From Chiloscyllium plagiosum (taxonomy: Eukaryota): 64,000 bases of DNA. Position 1 is the first letter of the stretch; every line of letters starts with the position of its first letter. The position numbers and the translations under genes are program-made. A model generated the notes under the pieces. That model worked only from the letters and a program-made list of their open reading frames with translations, was not told the DNA's origin and made no database searches. The stretch covers positions 61,156,233-61,220,232 of the forward strand of contig NC_057718.1 in NCBI RefSeq assembly GCF_004010195.1. The letters run 5' to 3'. Below, piece after piece: positions 38,841-52,741 of the stretch.

Positions 38841-39143
38841 CTCCTATTAGATTTTAGTATTGTCCCAGATTCTGCAACTGGGATGGAGGGAGCCTGCTGG
38901 TTCTAGAAGTTTCATTGGACAACCCTGAGGATGCTTGCATCTGGAAAAGCAAGTAGATGCTCCTTGGCTTCAACTTCCAATGGAGCGAAGAGGCAGAGTA
39001 CAGGTGAAGGGCCCAGCCACCTCTCAAGTGTCCTGAGGGGACATTTCTAAGGGCGTTATGTGTGGTTCCTCCTCTACCTGGCAGCCTCCTGGCAATGCCC
39101 TCTCTCCTTGAGAAGAAGGGGCAGGTTTCCTTTGGTCTGAAGC

Positions 39144-39487
39144 AGAGTAATGACCTAGTGGTGTTATCACTAGGCTATTAACTCAGAGGTCCACATAATG
39201 CTCTGGAGACCTGCGTTCAAATCCCCTTCAGGGCAAATGATGGAATACAAATCTGAAGTTAAGAGTCTAATGCTGACCATGAATCCATTGCCGATTGTCA
39301 AGAAAACTGTATCTGGCTCACTAATGTCCTCTAGGGTAGGAAACTGCCATCCTTACCTGGTTTGGCCTACATGACTCCAGATCCACAGCAATGCGGTTGA
39401 CTTTTAACTGTCCACTGCCCAATTAGGGGTGGACAATAAATGCTGGTCAAGCTAGCGATGCTCACATCCCACGAATTAATTAAAAAA
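39144..39487 (+). mobile_element. tRNA-derived SINE (non-HE1), apparently full length
   Basis: A-box-like TGACCTAGTGG, B-box-like CGTTCAAATCCC; 3' end GGACAATAAATGCTGGTCAAGCTAGCGATGCTCACATCCCACGAATTAATTAAAAAA. Confidence 0.85.
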
Positions 39488-39589
39488 TGTAAAAGCCAAT
39501 TGACACATAGTAAGCTCGTACAGACAGTGAAGAAATAAATCATTAGAACTGTGTTAGGTATTAACTAAGATGTTGGCTCAGACAGAGCA

Positions 39590-39785
39590 GGGACTGCTCT
39601 GCTCTCTTTTCAATCATGCTTTTACATCCTGTTGAGACAGAAAAGCAAATTAACATCTCTTCAAAACAAAGCAGAAACAGCACTATAGCACTACTTCAGT
39701 ACTGCACTAAATTATCATCCCGGATAATATCCACAAATTGCTAGCCTTAGCATTGTACTCAGCAGAGGTGCTGTCAATGAACCAA
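39590..39785 (-). mobile_element. Ancient SINE remnant, possibly DeuSINE-type
   Basis: CTTTTACATCC...TTAACATCTC...AGCACTACTTCAGTACTGCACT resembles the Deu domain as recalled; very degenerate. Confidence 0.4.
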
Positions 39786-40563
39786 TTGCTATGATGTTCC
39801 TTTCACCTATTAGAATGTTTGTGGAAAGCTAAAGTGTAAAGAAATATATTGGCTTGGATTTTGTAATTACAATCTCTCTGCAGCCTTGCCATCATTGCTC
39901 TTTAAAAGTAGCATCTTTCATTATGCACATGATAGTGCTGTCATAGATTTTCTGCTCTGCCAGCGGATGTGGTTCATAAATGGAAATCAGTTAGCATCAC
40001 TGAATTGAACATTAGGTTTCAACTTTTTACAGTGTTGTTCTAGATGTGAAAACTTGAAAAAAAAAATGCTAAGCCTTGCTGAATGAAGTGTCACTTTTTT
40101 TTTAACAGCATACCAGGAGTAGCTTTAGAATTATTGCTGCAAAACCTCTCTGTCCCTGAAAAAGTTGATTTGCCATTTTTTGGGATATTAAACTTTTCTT
40201 TTCCATTATAGCATTACAGAAAATTTTAGGTGAATTGTAAAAAAGACTATTACTCATGATTGGATGTAATATTTTAGCTTCAACTTTAATCTCATACAAA
40301 TATCTCAATATGTAAACATTTCTATACAGAACAAATGAAGAATAAAACTTACTGCTTATTTAGTGGTTTGGTTTCTACGAGTATTCTTCAATCTAATTGG
40401 CTGATATTAGTGTTTCTGAATGGTTGAGGTCTGCTATAGCTCCCACCAAAGTGAAATTAATATTAAAAGTGATGTGAAATCCATGCTGCAGAGCTCAATC
40501 GATCACTGCCTCCTTTTAAGTCAGTGAAGAATACCTTTATATGACTGATGACTGCAAAATTTG

Positions 40564-40897
40564 TAGAATCCCTACAGTGTGGAAGCAGGCCATTCGGCTC
40601 CTCGAGTCTACACCAACCCTCTGAACAGCATCCCCCCGACCCCAGACCTAACCTATCCCTGAATTTCCCACAGCTAACCCACCTAGCCTATACATCCTTG
40701 GCCACTGTGGACAATTTACCATGGGCAACCCACCTAACCTGCATATCTTTGGACTATGGGAGGAAACCAAAGCACCTTGAGGAAGCCCACACAGACACTA
40801 GGAGAATGTGCAAACTCTACACAGACAGTCACCTGATGGTGGAATTGAGCCCAGATCCCTAGCACTATGTGGCAGCAGTGCTAACCATTGAGCCACT
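40564..40897 (-). mobile_element. HE1-type SINE, older copy
   Basis: GGCAGCAGTGCTAACCATTGAGCCAC head and central domain TTTGGACTATGGGAGGAAACC. Confidence 0.88.
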
Positions 40898-42232
40898 ATA
40901 TATCATTCAGACCAGCTGTTCCTTGGACAAGCCACTTTTGTACCCCCAATGTGTGATCTTTGGTGTAAGATCAATTGTTAAATTTGAAAAACTTATTTGA
41001 ATAATAAGTGTTCATGAGCAGCAGCTGTCCAAGCGAGGTGGCCATCTAAGAATTATGGAGGACATTTAAGTGAAAAGAAAAGGTTTCTCAGAAAGTGAAT
41101 GCTAATGCCATTTTGGAATATACAGACCGAGTAAAATTATCTTAATTTAATATATTAAATATTTTGCTATATAATTGTATTTTACTCTGCAAACGCTGAG
41201 TAGTACAGTGATTTTTGGAAACAGTAAAAAAATTACAGTGCATTCAGAGCAGATTGAAATATGGTAAGATAAAAATGGGATTTAACAGTTCTTTGTACAA
41301 TCAGAACAAACTGGTAGACAAGTAAACATGTTGAGTGAGAGGTTTTCATAGGCTCTATTGCATAGCTGCAAATGGATTAAACATTTTATGCAATAAATTC
41401 CTGATAAATTATGCAACATTATTATGGTAATAATTTCTCAAAATGTTGCACAGCTAGTTGTTTGATCTTTTAATCTTTAATACAGTCAATTCTACTTAAG
41501 TGAATATCTGATATATGAATATTTATCTGAAATGATTAGAAATCGGAAATGGGTAACAATTGTATTTACATTGTATTTATTCCAGCAAAGTGATTTTTTT
41601 TTGCCAAAATTGCATATTTTAGCATGCTTGTAGCAAAAACAAAAGTCAAATCCATATTGCAATATTTCCTTTGTTTGGTGCTATGTTTAATAATTGATTA
41701 TCTTTCAGCAGAATATAACAGGTTCAAGTTAGGGCAGCACCATATATTTTACAAATTATTTCTGCACAATTAAGGAAATATCACAAAATTTATTTCAAAA
41801 AATAAAAATTAGGAAATGTTGCTGCAATGTGGGTTTCAGCTCCTTAGTTAACAAGAATCATATGGTGTACAGATCATCTAGCCTGTTGTCTCCAATTTAT
41901 CTTAGAAGCTTTTCGAAAACAATGATCGCACTGGCTGATTTTATCCCAATTAAATGCACTAACCCAAACAGTGCATTCAAATGGTTCAATACTCAATGAG
42001 GACATTAATACTATCGAATAAATGCAATAGGGTTCTGACTTGTTCTCTAAAGTAATTAGACATCAAACTTTGTGCCTGATAGTTCTGTCAAAGCGATAGT
42101 TATGTTAAAACAAATTTGACTAAAAATTTGTTTAGGCCCAATTTGAAGCCAGAAATGTGCACCAGCCGCTAGAGCTCCAAATGTGTGACTCAGGCCGAAT
42201 GATTCTACTTCCAGTGAACTGCAAGAAGCCTC

Positions 42233-43449
42233 TCCGGTGATAATTTACAGGCTGATATTTACTACAAACCCATCGACCTCAATAAGTACCTGCACTATAC
42301 CTCCTCCCACCCCGTACTCTGCAAAACCTTCATCCCGTTTTCCCAATTCCTCCACCTCCGATTGCATCTGTTCTAACCAGAAGTCCACTCACAAGCATCT
42401 CAGATGTCCACTCATTTTAAATAACGTGCTTTTCCCCCTCTGTCATCCAGACAGCCCTTCTCCGCACTTCCACCATTCCCCGCTCCACTGGTCTAAGACC
42501 CAGCCCTAAAACATAATAAAGACAGAGTCGCCCTTGTCCTCACTTTCCACCCCACCAGTCTACGCATTCAACATATCAACCTTAAACATTTCTGCCAACT
42601 CTAACTAGACCCCATCACCAAGAATATCTTCCCCTCCCCATCCCTCTCTGCCTTCCACAACGACCGTTCCATTCGCCATTCCTTGGTTCGCACCAATTTC
42701 CCTACTAATCCTCCCCGGACCCCAATACCTTCCCTGCAACCGAAAAAGTTGCAAACCTTCCGGCACACAACACATCTCACCTCCATCCAGGCCCCCAAAC
42801 AGTCCTTCCAGGTGAGACAGAGGTTCACCTGGCTCTTCTCCAACCTAGTTTACTGTATCCAGTGCTCCCGATGTGGTCTTCTCTACATCGGGGAGACGAA
42901 ATATAAACTTAAGGAATGGTTCACTGAGCATTTTAGCTGGGCACGTAAAGATCAATCCTCCCGGTCACTGCGCATTTCAGTTCCCCTTCCCACTCTCTCT
43001 CTGACATGTCCATCCTTGGTCTCTTTCTTTGCCACAGTGAATCAGATCACAAATTGGAGGAACATCACTCATCTTGAGCCTGGGCAGCCTATAACCAAGA
43101 GGATGCAACATTGAGTTTTCCAATTTCAAATAACCTTCCCAACCATACCCCGTCTCCCTTCCCAGCCACTCCCTGCCATCCCTCTTATGACTCCTCCTTC
43201 CAGCTACCAACCAGATTAATTTTTCCTATCGACCAAACAGATCATACCCACCACCTGTATTCATGCATCACTAACTCAGCACTCTGTCCCTCTCCCCATC
43301 CATAATGCTTCCTCCCCCTCTTTTTATCTGCAGCTTCCTTTACCCCCACCTCCAATCCTGAAGAAGGGTTATACCCGAAACATTGACTTCTCCACGTCCG
43401 GATGTTGTCTGTCTAGCTGTGATTTTTTAGCCTCATGTTTGTCTATTTT
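42233..43449 (+). mobile_element. Penelope-like element, 5'-truncated (RT C-terminus, GIY-YIG, terminal repeat with hammerhead motif)
   Basis: DIYYKP..YLHYTSSHP; NLVYCIQCSRCGLLYIGETK; CTGAAGAAGGGTTATACCCGAAACATT at 43358-43384; 9-bp TSD AGAAGCCTC at 42224-42232 and 43450-43458. Confidence 0.92.
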
Positions 43450-46400
43450 AGAAGCCTCCATATCAGCAGGTTGCTGGTAACTGAGGCCGCATTGGGCTGA
43501 CCTCTTCACCCCATCCAGATTTGTGATCAGAGAAGGGAAGATTTAAGAGGGATGTAAGATTGGGCCTGCTGCCGCTCTCTGGAATTCAAGAATCTGTTCC
43601 TCCAAACTTCATCTGAAGATAATTTAGTTTAAAAATAATATTGCTGTATTAGCACTTTGTAGATAGATATGCTTCAGCAAAACTTGCAAGGCACATGTTC
43701 TGCCTAGTCCTAACCAACTTAGGACAGCTTTCCTAACTGAGGCATTGGGCCTCATATTAACATAGGAAAGAGCATAACGTTTGCTTTAGATACCTGCAAA
43801 ACATATCCTAAGTAGAGTGAAATTGTGATGAGTTGATTCACAGGGGATGTGCCTACAAATTTGTGTGAAGTACATCTTCAAAGCTATCCAAGCAGGTCCT
43901 TATGTATTCCAATTTGCCTTCAATTGCATTGTGGGTCAACAAAAACAAATGACAATCCAATCAAGGATTAAATATTGAAAAATGTGTTTATTTCCAATTT
44001 TTTCACACCTTAAAATCAAAATCCACTCTATTTTTCTTTCTGGCTGCATGGACATTCAAGATCCATGCTCAATGGTGACTTCCAGAATGGGAAGTCCATA
44101 TCATGATCAGTGTGCCAACGCCAGTAGCCATGCGGGGAATCTTGGAGAGGCTCCATACATATATAGCCTTACAGTACAGAGGAACTATCGCTTAAGATGG
44201 TCTGCAGTAAAATACATTGAAAAATGTTGTAAGTTGCATCCAGAAAAGCTCAATAATCTCTTTTGTCTGTGAACACATTGTATTTAGATGACTGTGATAC
44301 AGTCTGCTACATCGTCAATGCAGTCAAACATGTTTTCTGTGTTTTTGAGATGCCATGCAAAATCACAGAACATCACTGCAGACTTTGTGGCTTCAGGAGG
44401 GGAGCAAGTGGGCTTTCATAGGGCTGTCCAGGGTCATTGGCTTCCATAGGCCGCTCAGTTGACCAAACTTTGCCTTCAATTGCCTTATCCATCAGTTCCA
44501 TTTTCTGAGCAGTGTCTGGTGTTGTCCACACTGACATAAGTCTCCATGGTTACCTTTTCTGGAAATTCTATGCTGCTCTCCTACAGGTGAGCTTTATCAT
44601 CAAAATGGTTAATCTTATCCTGCCCCTCCTTGCTCGAACTATATGGTCTTAGTCCACTTTGAATATTCATTCATGGTGAGATCTTGATGTCAAATTTGTC
44701 ACATCAGTGATGATAGACCAAATTTCAATGTTCATCAGTAAATTCTGGGTCTTTTATAGACTTAAATGGCTGATAAAAAGGAAAGACATTAGTTTAAAAA
44801 TGGTCTCAGTGATCACCTGACCACAAGTTCAGCTAAGCTCAAGGGAATCAATACAGAATAGTCATCTGACCTGAAATTAACACAACTATTAAAAGATACT
44901 GGAAAAACTTGCATTTCTTACTTTTACTCTGCACCTAGATGTTTCACATTTTGGAGACTAAAGACCTGCCAGCCTCCTGCTTGTCTACCTGCAATTATTC
45001 AGCTTGGAAATAGTGACACCAGAGATGGAAGTGCATGAATGAGCTGTATTTCAAATGGTTTTAGTAGAGGAGAGGAGATGGAACTACAGAAATTCTCTTT
45101 TTGCTTTCACTCAGAAAGGCCAAATCAAAAAATGAAACCACAAATTGGCCCCATGCCACCAGAGAATGCCCACTAAAGTCATCTGTGGTAAGGCTTCACA
45201 ACAGTCAGCAGATTTCCCCAAGCTCAGCTGTTGCTGCCCAGCTGGTACCCAGGTGGAGCGTAAGGAACTAAAGTTACTTTGGATTTCAAACCATTTGTAA
45301 GGCATGGAAATGTAAATAACTGCAACATAACTTTCTTCATTCTAGTAGTCTTATGCAATTTGTTTATACTTCTAATAATTTTGCATTCCCTACAAGAATG
45401 TCTGCAGGCAATAACCATTCTAGATACTCCTGTTAGTTTCAGGAACAGTGTTGCAGAGGACATTAATATTCTTACACACACGTTACATCTAGAAGCAGGA
45501 AACCTTCTAGGAAGTGGGGACATAAGCTAGATGGTATCATCCCTCTATATCTCTGTGCTGGGTGAATGTCTATTACAAAACAAAGGTTTATCTGATACAA
45601 ACATGGACCCCTCATCAACCCGCAGAACTCCATCCTAGTGGTCTTGCCGTCAAATTGAACAAATGGTTATTGGTGCAAAGGGAACAAAGAAATGTGCAAT
45701 ATATGACCTGTGGAGCAACCTAACATTTCACTGTTTTAAACAATCAGTCCCTTAAAGGTATTAAGTATTATGCATTTCAACTGGCTATTACTTCTAAGCG
45801 TTCATGCAAGGTCATTACTTCTCAAACCTGACTACCAGTAATCTCTTATGGCCCTGTCTTCCAACTGTCCTGAATTCCCCAGCATCAACATTGATTTTCT
45901 CAACATCTTCAAGAGACATCACTTCCTCCTAATGCTAATGGTTGCAAACCTGCCTGCAGGAGGTGGCAGATGTAGGTTATAGTTTCTCTAGTCATGTGAA
46001 TACATCATCTGGGCTGATGTTCACTCATCTGGAGGTAACTGGAACCCCTACTGCATGTCGGTCCCCTGTAGACTGCTTTACACTGCTAAAGATCTGGTTT
46101 TGATCTTCACGCATTGCCTGTTTATCCACAAATGAGTCCCCTGAGCCTGACATCTCTGATCCTGTTGTTGTTGCTCTTCCCTTTGTCTCCTCCTTCTTCT
46201 TTTTCATCGTCATCTCATCAACTCCAAACACAGCTGCTGGGCTTGGTGGCGCCAACAATTGGCATGGAAGTACTGATCTATGGTGAAAGAGCCTGAATGC
46301 AATGCATGCTCTGCAATATTTGGCATCTCCACAGTCAATGGCAACTTTGGGACCATATCAAACTGTTCATGTCATGTGTAAAAGCTTCCCCTATGGTCAC

Positions 46401-49400
46401 CAATCCATGGAGAGGATGTGTGTTTTGTTTGTATTACCACATTGAAACAAATCTAGGGCTCCTCGTTTCACACTGTGTAGTCTCAGAATCCCTCAGAACT
46501 GGCATTCAAGTTTTGGAAAGATGGTGGTTGTACACTTCTGTTCTGATTATTTCCCCTATTCCATCTTGCTTGCGGTGCAATTTCCTCAACATTTCTTTGG
46601 ACGGCCTTGTTGTTTCCCTTTTCTCCCTCTTTGACCTTCTTTAATGGTGCCCTCTTAACTTTAGCTCTTTCATTACTTCTCTCAGTGTTCTATTTCTTCA
46701 CCCTGATCCCAATCCCAGTAACATTCCAGTGCCCATCTGTCCACACCTCCACAATGAATTCCATAGTCAACCAGCTAACTCCATTCTGTGTTCCCTTAAA
46801 TCCCCAGCACCCACCCTTTATTGTTCAAATTTCCCATATCACGTTGATCTTTCCTTGTATATCCCAGTTTGCCATCTCCATTCCTTATGATCCTTCTACT
46901 CATCCTGACAGTCATTCTATTTATGTTGCTTCCTCTTTTTTTCCTTTGTACCCAGCCCAACCTTTTCTTGACACTGCTCCTTTTACATTGATGTTATTTT
47001 AAATTAATCCCCTTTTTAAGTTACAGCATACCTTCTCTTCCCAGTCATGCTTTCTTCAGAGAGCTTGGTATCCTGCCTCTGGCCCTCATCAGCCTTCATC
47101 CCTAATACTGTAGTAATCGTATTGCATGATGCCTGAAGCCTGATGAATATATCTTCTCATGAGTTGCTGAACACAGAGAGTCTTCATCACTGTTTTAGGT
47201 GCAAGAAGTGTATGAATGTGCTTTCTCATAACCAGCTAACACTGGAAACATTTGTTTAATGCAATGACGTTTTTCTGAGAATCTAAGTAACTGGTGAATG
47301 ATTTTCTCACCGGAACTAGGAAGAATCAGTTTACTGCAGCAAGTAGTAACCTTGTGTATAATATTTGTATATATATGGATTTGTGGACACTCATGTTGTG
47401 CATATAAAAATGATTCCAGTAAGCTGGGGTGTTAATGAGTATTCATGATATTTGAATTAAATACAAAGTACTTGCCCAATCATGGAAAATCAGAAATCCT
47501 AACCTACCTAAATATCAAAGTATTGTTCCACCATCAGGAAATAAAAATTTTACCCCCCCCAACCCCGGTCCCAATTAAGATCCCCTGTCTGCCTTCTTGA
47601 AAGCTCCAGTAGGCCAGGAAGATTGAGTCCATTGGATGATGTCTTCTCTGGATAATAGCATGTTTTGGAGTTAAGCAGAAGTAGTGGAAAGTAACCCCAC
47701 TGTGCTAGCCATTTCCAGCAGTACACACATCCCTATTCATACAGCAACAAGCCCTCATTACCTTTAGCTCCATCAAAAAATTCATACACTTTACTGCATT
47801 TAAGTACAAAAGTGAGTGCAATTATATACATTCTGAATTAATTTCTGAATGAATATTTGATTGATGTAGCTCTGTTGATAAAAGAAGAATTTACAGTAAT
47901 TATACCATTTTGCCAGTGCTGCAAGAGGAAATCTAATCATTTGGTATGTTTAGACTACCAAATGCAAATCGCAGACACATAAAATTAAATTCCCTCTTTT
48001 GAGATGCAATCGTGAGCACAAGAGTAGTCCAGTAAGTATCCGGATTAATGGTGCTTTGTGAATTTGTGTAAGACAATTATTTTTTGAAATTGATTTACAT
48101 AACATGATAGCCATAAGAAAATTAAGGAAAGTCACCAAAATCAAAATAAAAACATGTTTAGAAAGAAAATCAGAGCCTTGTTAATTCCGAGATAAGTGGG
48201 GATTTGAAATTTCTTTCTGCTGAACATTTCCCTAATTCCACTTTCGTCAGGAAATGGAATACATAATAAATAAAGGCTTTTCAGATGTTCTGTGACAAAG
48301 AGTATGTGAATTGAGAGTCTCGTAATATTGCCTGTAGGGGGCTTACTCTATACTCTCCCGGAAAAGTCCAAAATCAGATATTACAACGTGCATTTACCTG
48401 CAATTCATTGCGCATTCCAGAATTACTTTTGAGAGGGAGAGGTACGTAAAGTAATTATCCAAGCCTTCATAATACCTTAACAATATAAATATTAATTTAA
48501 CATGGAGAGGATTTGTAAGGAAGTCATTGCAATATTTTCACCACAGCTTGGCATTATGTCATGACTGTAAAAGTATATTGTTTGACACAAGGAAATTATT
48601 GGATTGCTGATTGCAAATGTGGATGCATATTTTGTATGTTAAAATTTAGTTCAAAAAAATACAGTTTGAAGCTAGTAAATAATCTCCTGCAGCACTGTTC
48701 ATGATAAATCAGATTGAACAAGGACAAGAAAAGCATTGTACCATATGATGCACAGTGTATTATCATTTTTCAGCTTGTAAGGTGGGCTGTTTTGAAAATA
48801 CTTTGTCCCTTTAAGGCCATAGTGTCTCATACACCAACGCTTGAGGTCAATTATTGCCTGACTATTATCGCTGCGAAAGTTTGCAAAATGCTAGATTCCT
48901 GTAGATTGCCTGGCAATTCTGCAAACTCCCCTTAGCAAAACCTGAGTTCCTTTTCCATTTTTGCTGGTTTTTAAAGATTTGTTCGGTTGTAATTTGTTTA
49001 TGTTTTAAAATGTGACACCTGAACTAAGACAATGCTGTCAGAATAGTATCAGAAATAAGATCCTGCAAAAATGATGCTGGGATGTTCACAAGTGCTGTTG
49101 CAAATATCTGTCATAGTGGGATTGCCACAGAGAAGTACAGTTGCAAGGCTAACAGGGCAGGAAGCCTCTGGATTAAAAACAGCAAATACCCATTTTTAAC
49201 ATTGATCAGTTTGTAGCCAAAGAATTTCAGTTAGTATGTGAAAGAGTCATCAAAAACCCAGGCCAGGGAGCTTGTACTCTAAATTGTCTCTCAAGCCTAC
49301 TGTGCCATGAGAAAAAGAGGCACTCACTATGCTGAGTTATTCAAGTGAGTCTGCCAGTTGTGGAGAGCTATCAACAGGGACTGAGTGTTATCTCACAGTG

Positions 49401-49895
49401 CTGTTGAAAAAGAAATACAACATTTCTAGGTTGCTCTGTGATCTTCATAGTTGTTGATTCAGATCGATCCATGGTGCCCATTGTGATATATGGTTCAGGG
49501 TATTGGGGAAGGGAAACAGTCAACCAAAGTGCATTTCTTTTAGAAAATGACAAAAAATTGAGATTAATAACGTTTAGTAGTTGAAAGATATGGAACAATA
49601 TAGCTGAGAACTCCAACCATGTGTGATTCATAGCTTATGATTAGGACCATCAACAAATAATTAATTGTTGCCTGTAGTGAATTATTCCATTAACAGGTTA
49701 GCACTGAAAAACTACATTGAGAACAGTCACTGAAATGAGTGTAATTTGGGGACAATTTCCTTGGCAGGCCATTGAGTAACCAAGTCATGAACTCATTCTT
49801 TGTAAATAGTTTATGATTTTGTTGCATATTATCACACCAAGGAAATCAACTTTGTTAAAATCATTGGAATAAGTAATATCACAATTCCATTTTAT

Positions 49896-50720
49896 TAGAT
49901 ATAGAGTCATACAGCTGTACAGCACGGAAGCAGACCCTTCGGTCCATGCCAACAGATATCTTAAATTAATCTAGTCCCTTTGCCAGTATTTGGCCCATAT
50001 CCCTCGAAACCCAACCTATTCATATACCCATCCAAATGCCTTTTAATTGTTGTAATTGTACCATGCTCCACTACTTCATCTGGCAGCGTATTCCATAATG
50101 TTACCCCTTAGGTCCTTTTTAAATCTTTCCCCTCTTACCTTAAACCTTTGCAATCTAGTTTTGGACTTGCCCACCCTGGGGAAAAGACCTTGGCTATTCA
50201 CTATATTCATGCCCCTCATGATCTTATAAGCCTCTATTAGGTCATCTCTCAGCATCCAATGCTCCAGGAAAAATAGCCACAGCCTATTCAGCCTCGCCCT
50301 ATAGCTCAAACCCTTCAACCCTGGCAACATCCATGTAAATCTTTTCTGAACCCTTTCAAGTTTCACAACAACCTTCCTATAACAGGGAGACCAGAATTGC
50401 ATGGAATATTCCAAAAGTGACCTATTCAATGTCCTGTACAGCTGCAATGTAACCTCCCAATTCCTATACTAAATGCACTGACCAATGAAGGATAATGTAC
50501 CAAATGCCTTCTTCATTACCCTTTCTACCTTTGAATCCACCTTCAAGGAATTATGCACCTGCACCCAACCTAAGGACTCTGTTCAGCAACACTCCCCAAG
50601 ACCTTACCATTAAGTATATAAGTCCTGCCCTGATTTGTCTTTCCAAAATGCAACACCTCACATTTATCTAAATTAAACCCCATCTCTTACTCCTCAGCTT
50701 ATCAGCCCGTCTGATTAAGA
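49896..50720 (-). mobile_element. CR1 3' fragment
   Basis: ORF 50076-50447 (QFWSPCYRK, ERVQKRFTWMLPG); GACTCTAT tail. Confidence 0.92.
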
Positions 50721-50779
50721 GTACATGAGTCATATTTCAAGTTTCAGTATGTGCAGCAAGCCTATAAGGGCTGCTCAGA

Positions 50780-51842
50780 AAAGATTTTTGAGTGTCAGTA
50801 TTTGAAGTCATGTGAGAAGAGTTTCAAGGAAAGCTGCATGCAAGGAGACATCTTGTAGTCAGTGTCTATGAGTGGATGCTCGTATGAAAGGACTGGAAAC
50901 GTCCATTAGATACACAAAAGAAAACTGGGAGCATTCACATCCAAAACGCTAACATCAGCTGAGACTTAATATACAAACATAGAGATGCAACTTTTTTACA
51001 GTGGTACACTGATGTAAGAAATTATATTCATATCGCTATGGGAGAAAGGGGAGAGTGATCATCCCGAGTCTACTGAATAATCTGTGTAGAACTACAAGAA
51101 GACTGAAGTAGTTATTCTTGAGGCTTCAGAGTTACAATTTCATTCTGAAATACAAGCCAGGAATGTAAATGGTTCAAGTACACCTGTGCAAAACTTGTCT
51201 CCACAAAATGTTTTAAAATCTTGTTTTAAAAATTCATCACCTAGTCTATGCAGGCCCGTCAACACTGAGTCAAATTAAAGATGAGACCAGCAAAGATGAA
51301 GAGTTAGAGATGCTGTCTCAGCAAATGATCCAAAGATGGCATGATAAGATATTGTCAACAATGTAGCAGAAGTGATTTATCAGAAATGCCACCTCACTGG
51401 AAGGTAATGCTCTGCTGGTTGGATACAAAATGATGATCCCCAGTATGATACAAAAAGAACTTCTCCAGAAGAAGCAGGGAAGCCGCAAGGGAATGAGGAA
51501 GTGTAAACTCTGAACTAGATCAACTGTGCACAGGATAGGCATTTACAAGTACATTTTGTCTGCATTCAAAGTATGCTAGAAATACAGAAATTCACAGCAG
51601 AAAAAGATGATAGCAACTAAAGCACACCAAAGTGTGGATTATTCATATAATCAGATTAGTTTCTTCCAGTTACTAACCAGAGTTCCCTTTTATCTGAAAT
51701 GTGAAAGTATGAGAGCTACAACAATGGTCTCTCCAATGTTTTCTGTTTGCTGAGTATGGAGTATCTAAAAGAATAACATATGGCAGTGGAACCCAATTGA
51801 CTTTCAGAGAATTTAAGGAATTTGCTGAAAAGAATGGAATTA
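50780..51842 (+). mobile_element. Ty3/Gypsy pol remnant (RNase H and integrase)
   Basis: AFTSKTLTSAET; LRLQSYNFILKYKPG; MMIPSMIQKELLQKKQGSRKGMRKCKL; EYGVSKRITYGSGTQLTFREFKEFAEKNGI. RNase H precedes integrase. Confidence 0.8.
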
Positions 51843-52741
51843 ATGTTTTGCATTTGTAATTAATGTTTTGTCAAGAAAGATTCATTCCCCTAGTCTGGTC
51901 TGTCTCAGAACAGCCTCTGTCACCTAATTTTTGGCTCTTCATCGCACTAACAATAGAATTAGGTCTTTCTGCACCTTTCTCAAGGAATGGTACAACTAGA
52001 GAGGTAAGAGTGAGAATTCCAAGCCGTGTAGAAATCAGGTCAATGCACTCTGCAAAGGTAAGTGCCACCATCTTCCCTCTGCAGCCTCACATGCACAGTG
52101 CCACCACTCACTCCAACTCTGTCACTGCACGCACATCTCACTAAGGCTTATGCAGTTCAACTCTCACTATTGCAGGCATCACATCCACTCAATGGCTATC
52201 ACCACTTCATTCTCTCAAACGACTAATCCCTCCCACTTCCTACTCACTCACTGAGGATTCCTCATCTCAGCACAACTCCTGCTCATGCATCATCATTAAT
52301 TGCCCTTCCATCTACTTCCATCATACTCAATTCCTCTTTTCCCAGAAGGAAACAACAGGAACACTGTTGGTTTCTTTCCTCTTGTATGCCTCAAAATGGA
52401 GCTGCAACACACAGTGTATTCATTTCTATTTTTTACTTTTTTTTATTGATTTTTCCTTCAGTGTTTGTCTCAGTGCATGGTAAAGTAGCCCATAATAGGG
52501 CAGGAAGGTCCAGGACACTGTTATAAGGGGGTAAATATTCTGGATTGAGCCAGAGAATAACAAACCTTCTCATTTGAGCTTTGGAGAGTCCTCAATGGAC
52601 AATAACCCAGTCAGCTGCATTATACTGTTGCTGCTCTCCCGTTATTACCAGTCCTAGCTCATTCTTAGCTCTGATTGCTGATCAAAGAGATCTTGGTCAA
52701 TGGGCTGAGGAGTGGCAGATGGAGTTTAATTTGGATAACTG

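Noticed and set aside
44170..47200. Possible very old pogo/Tigger or LTR-element coding remnants on the minus strand
   Set aside because: Only faint and conflicting motif hints; cannot be assigned without a profile search.
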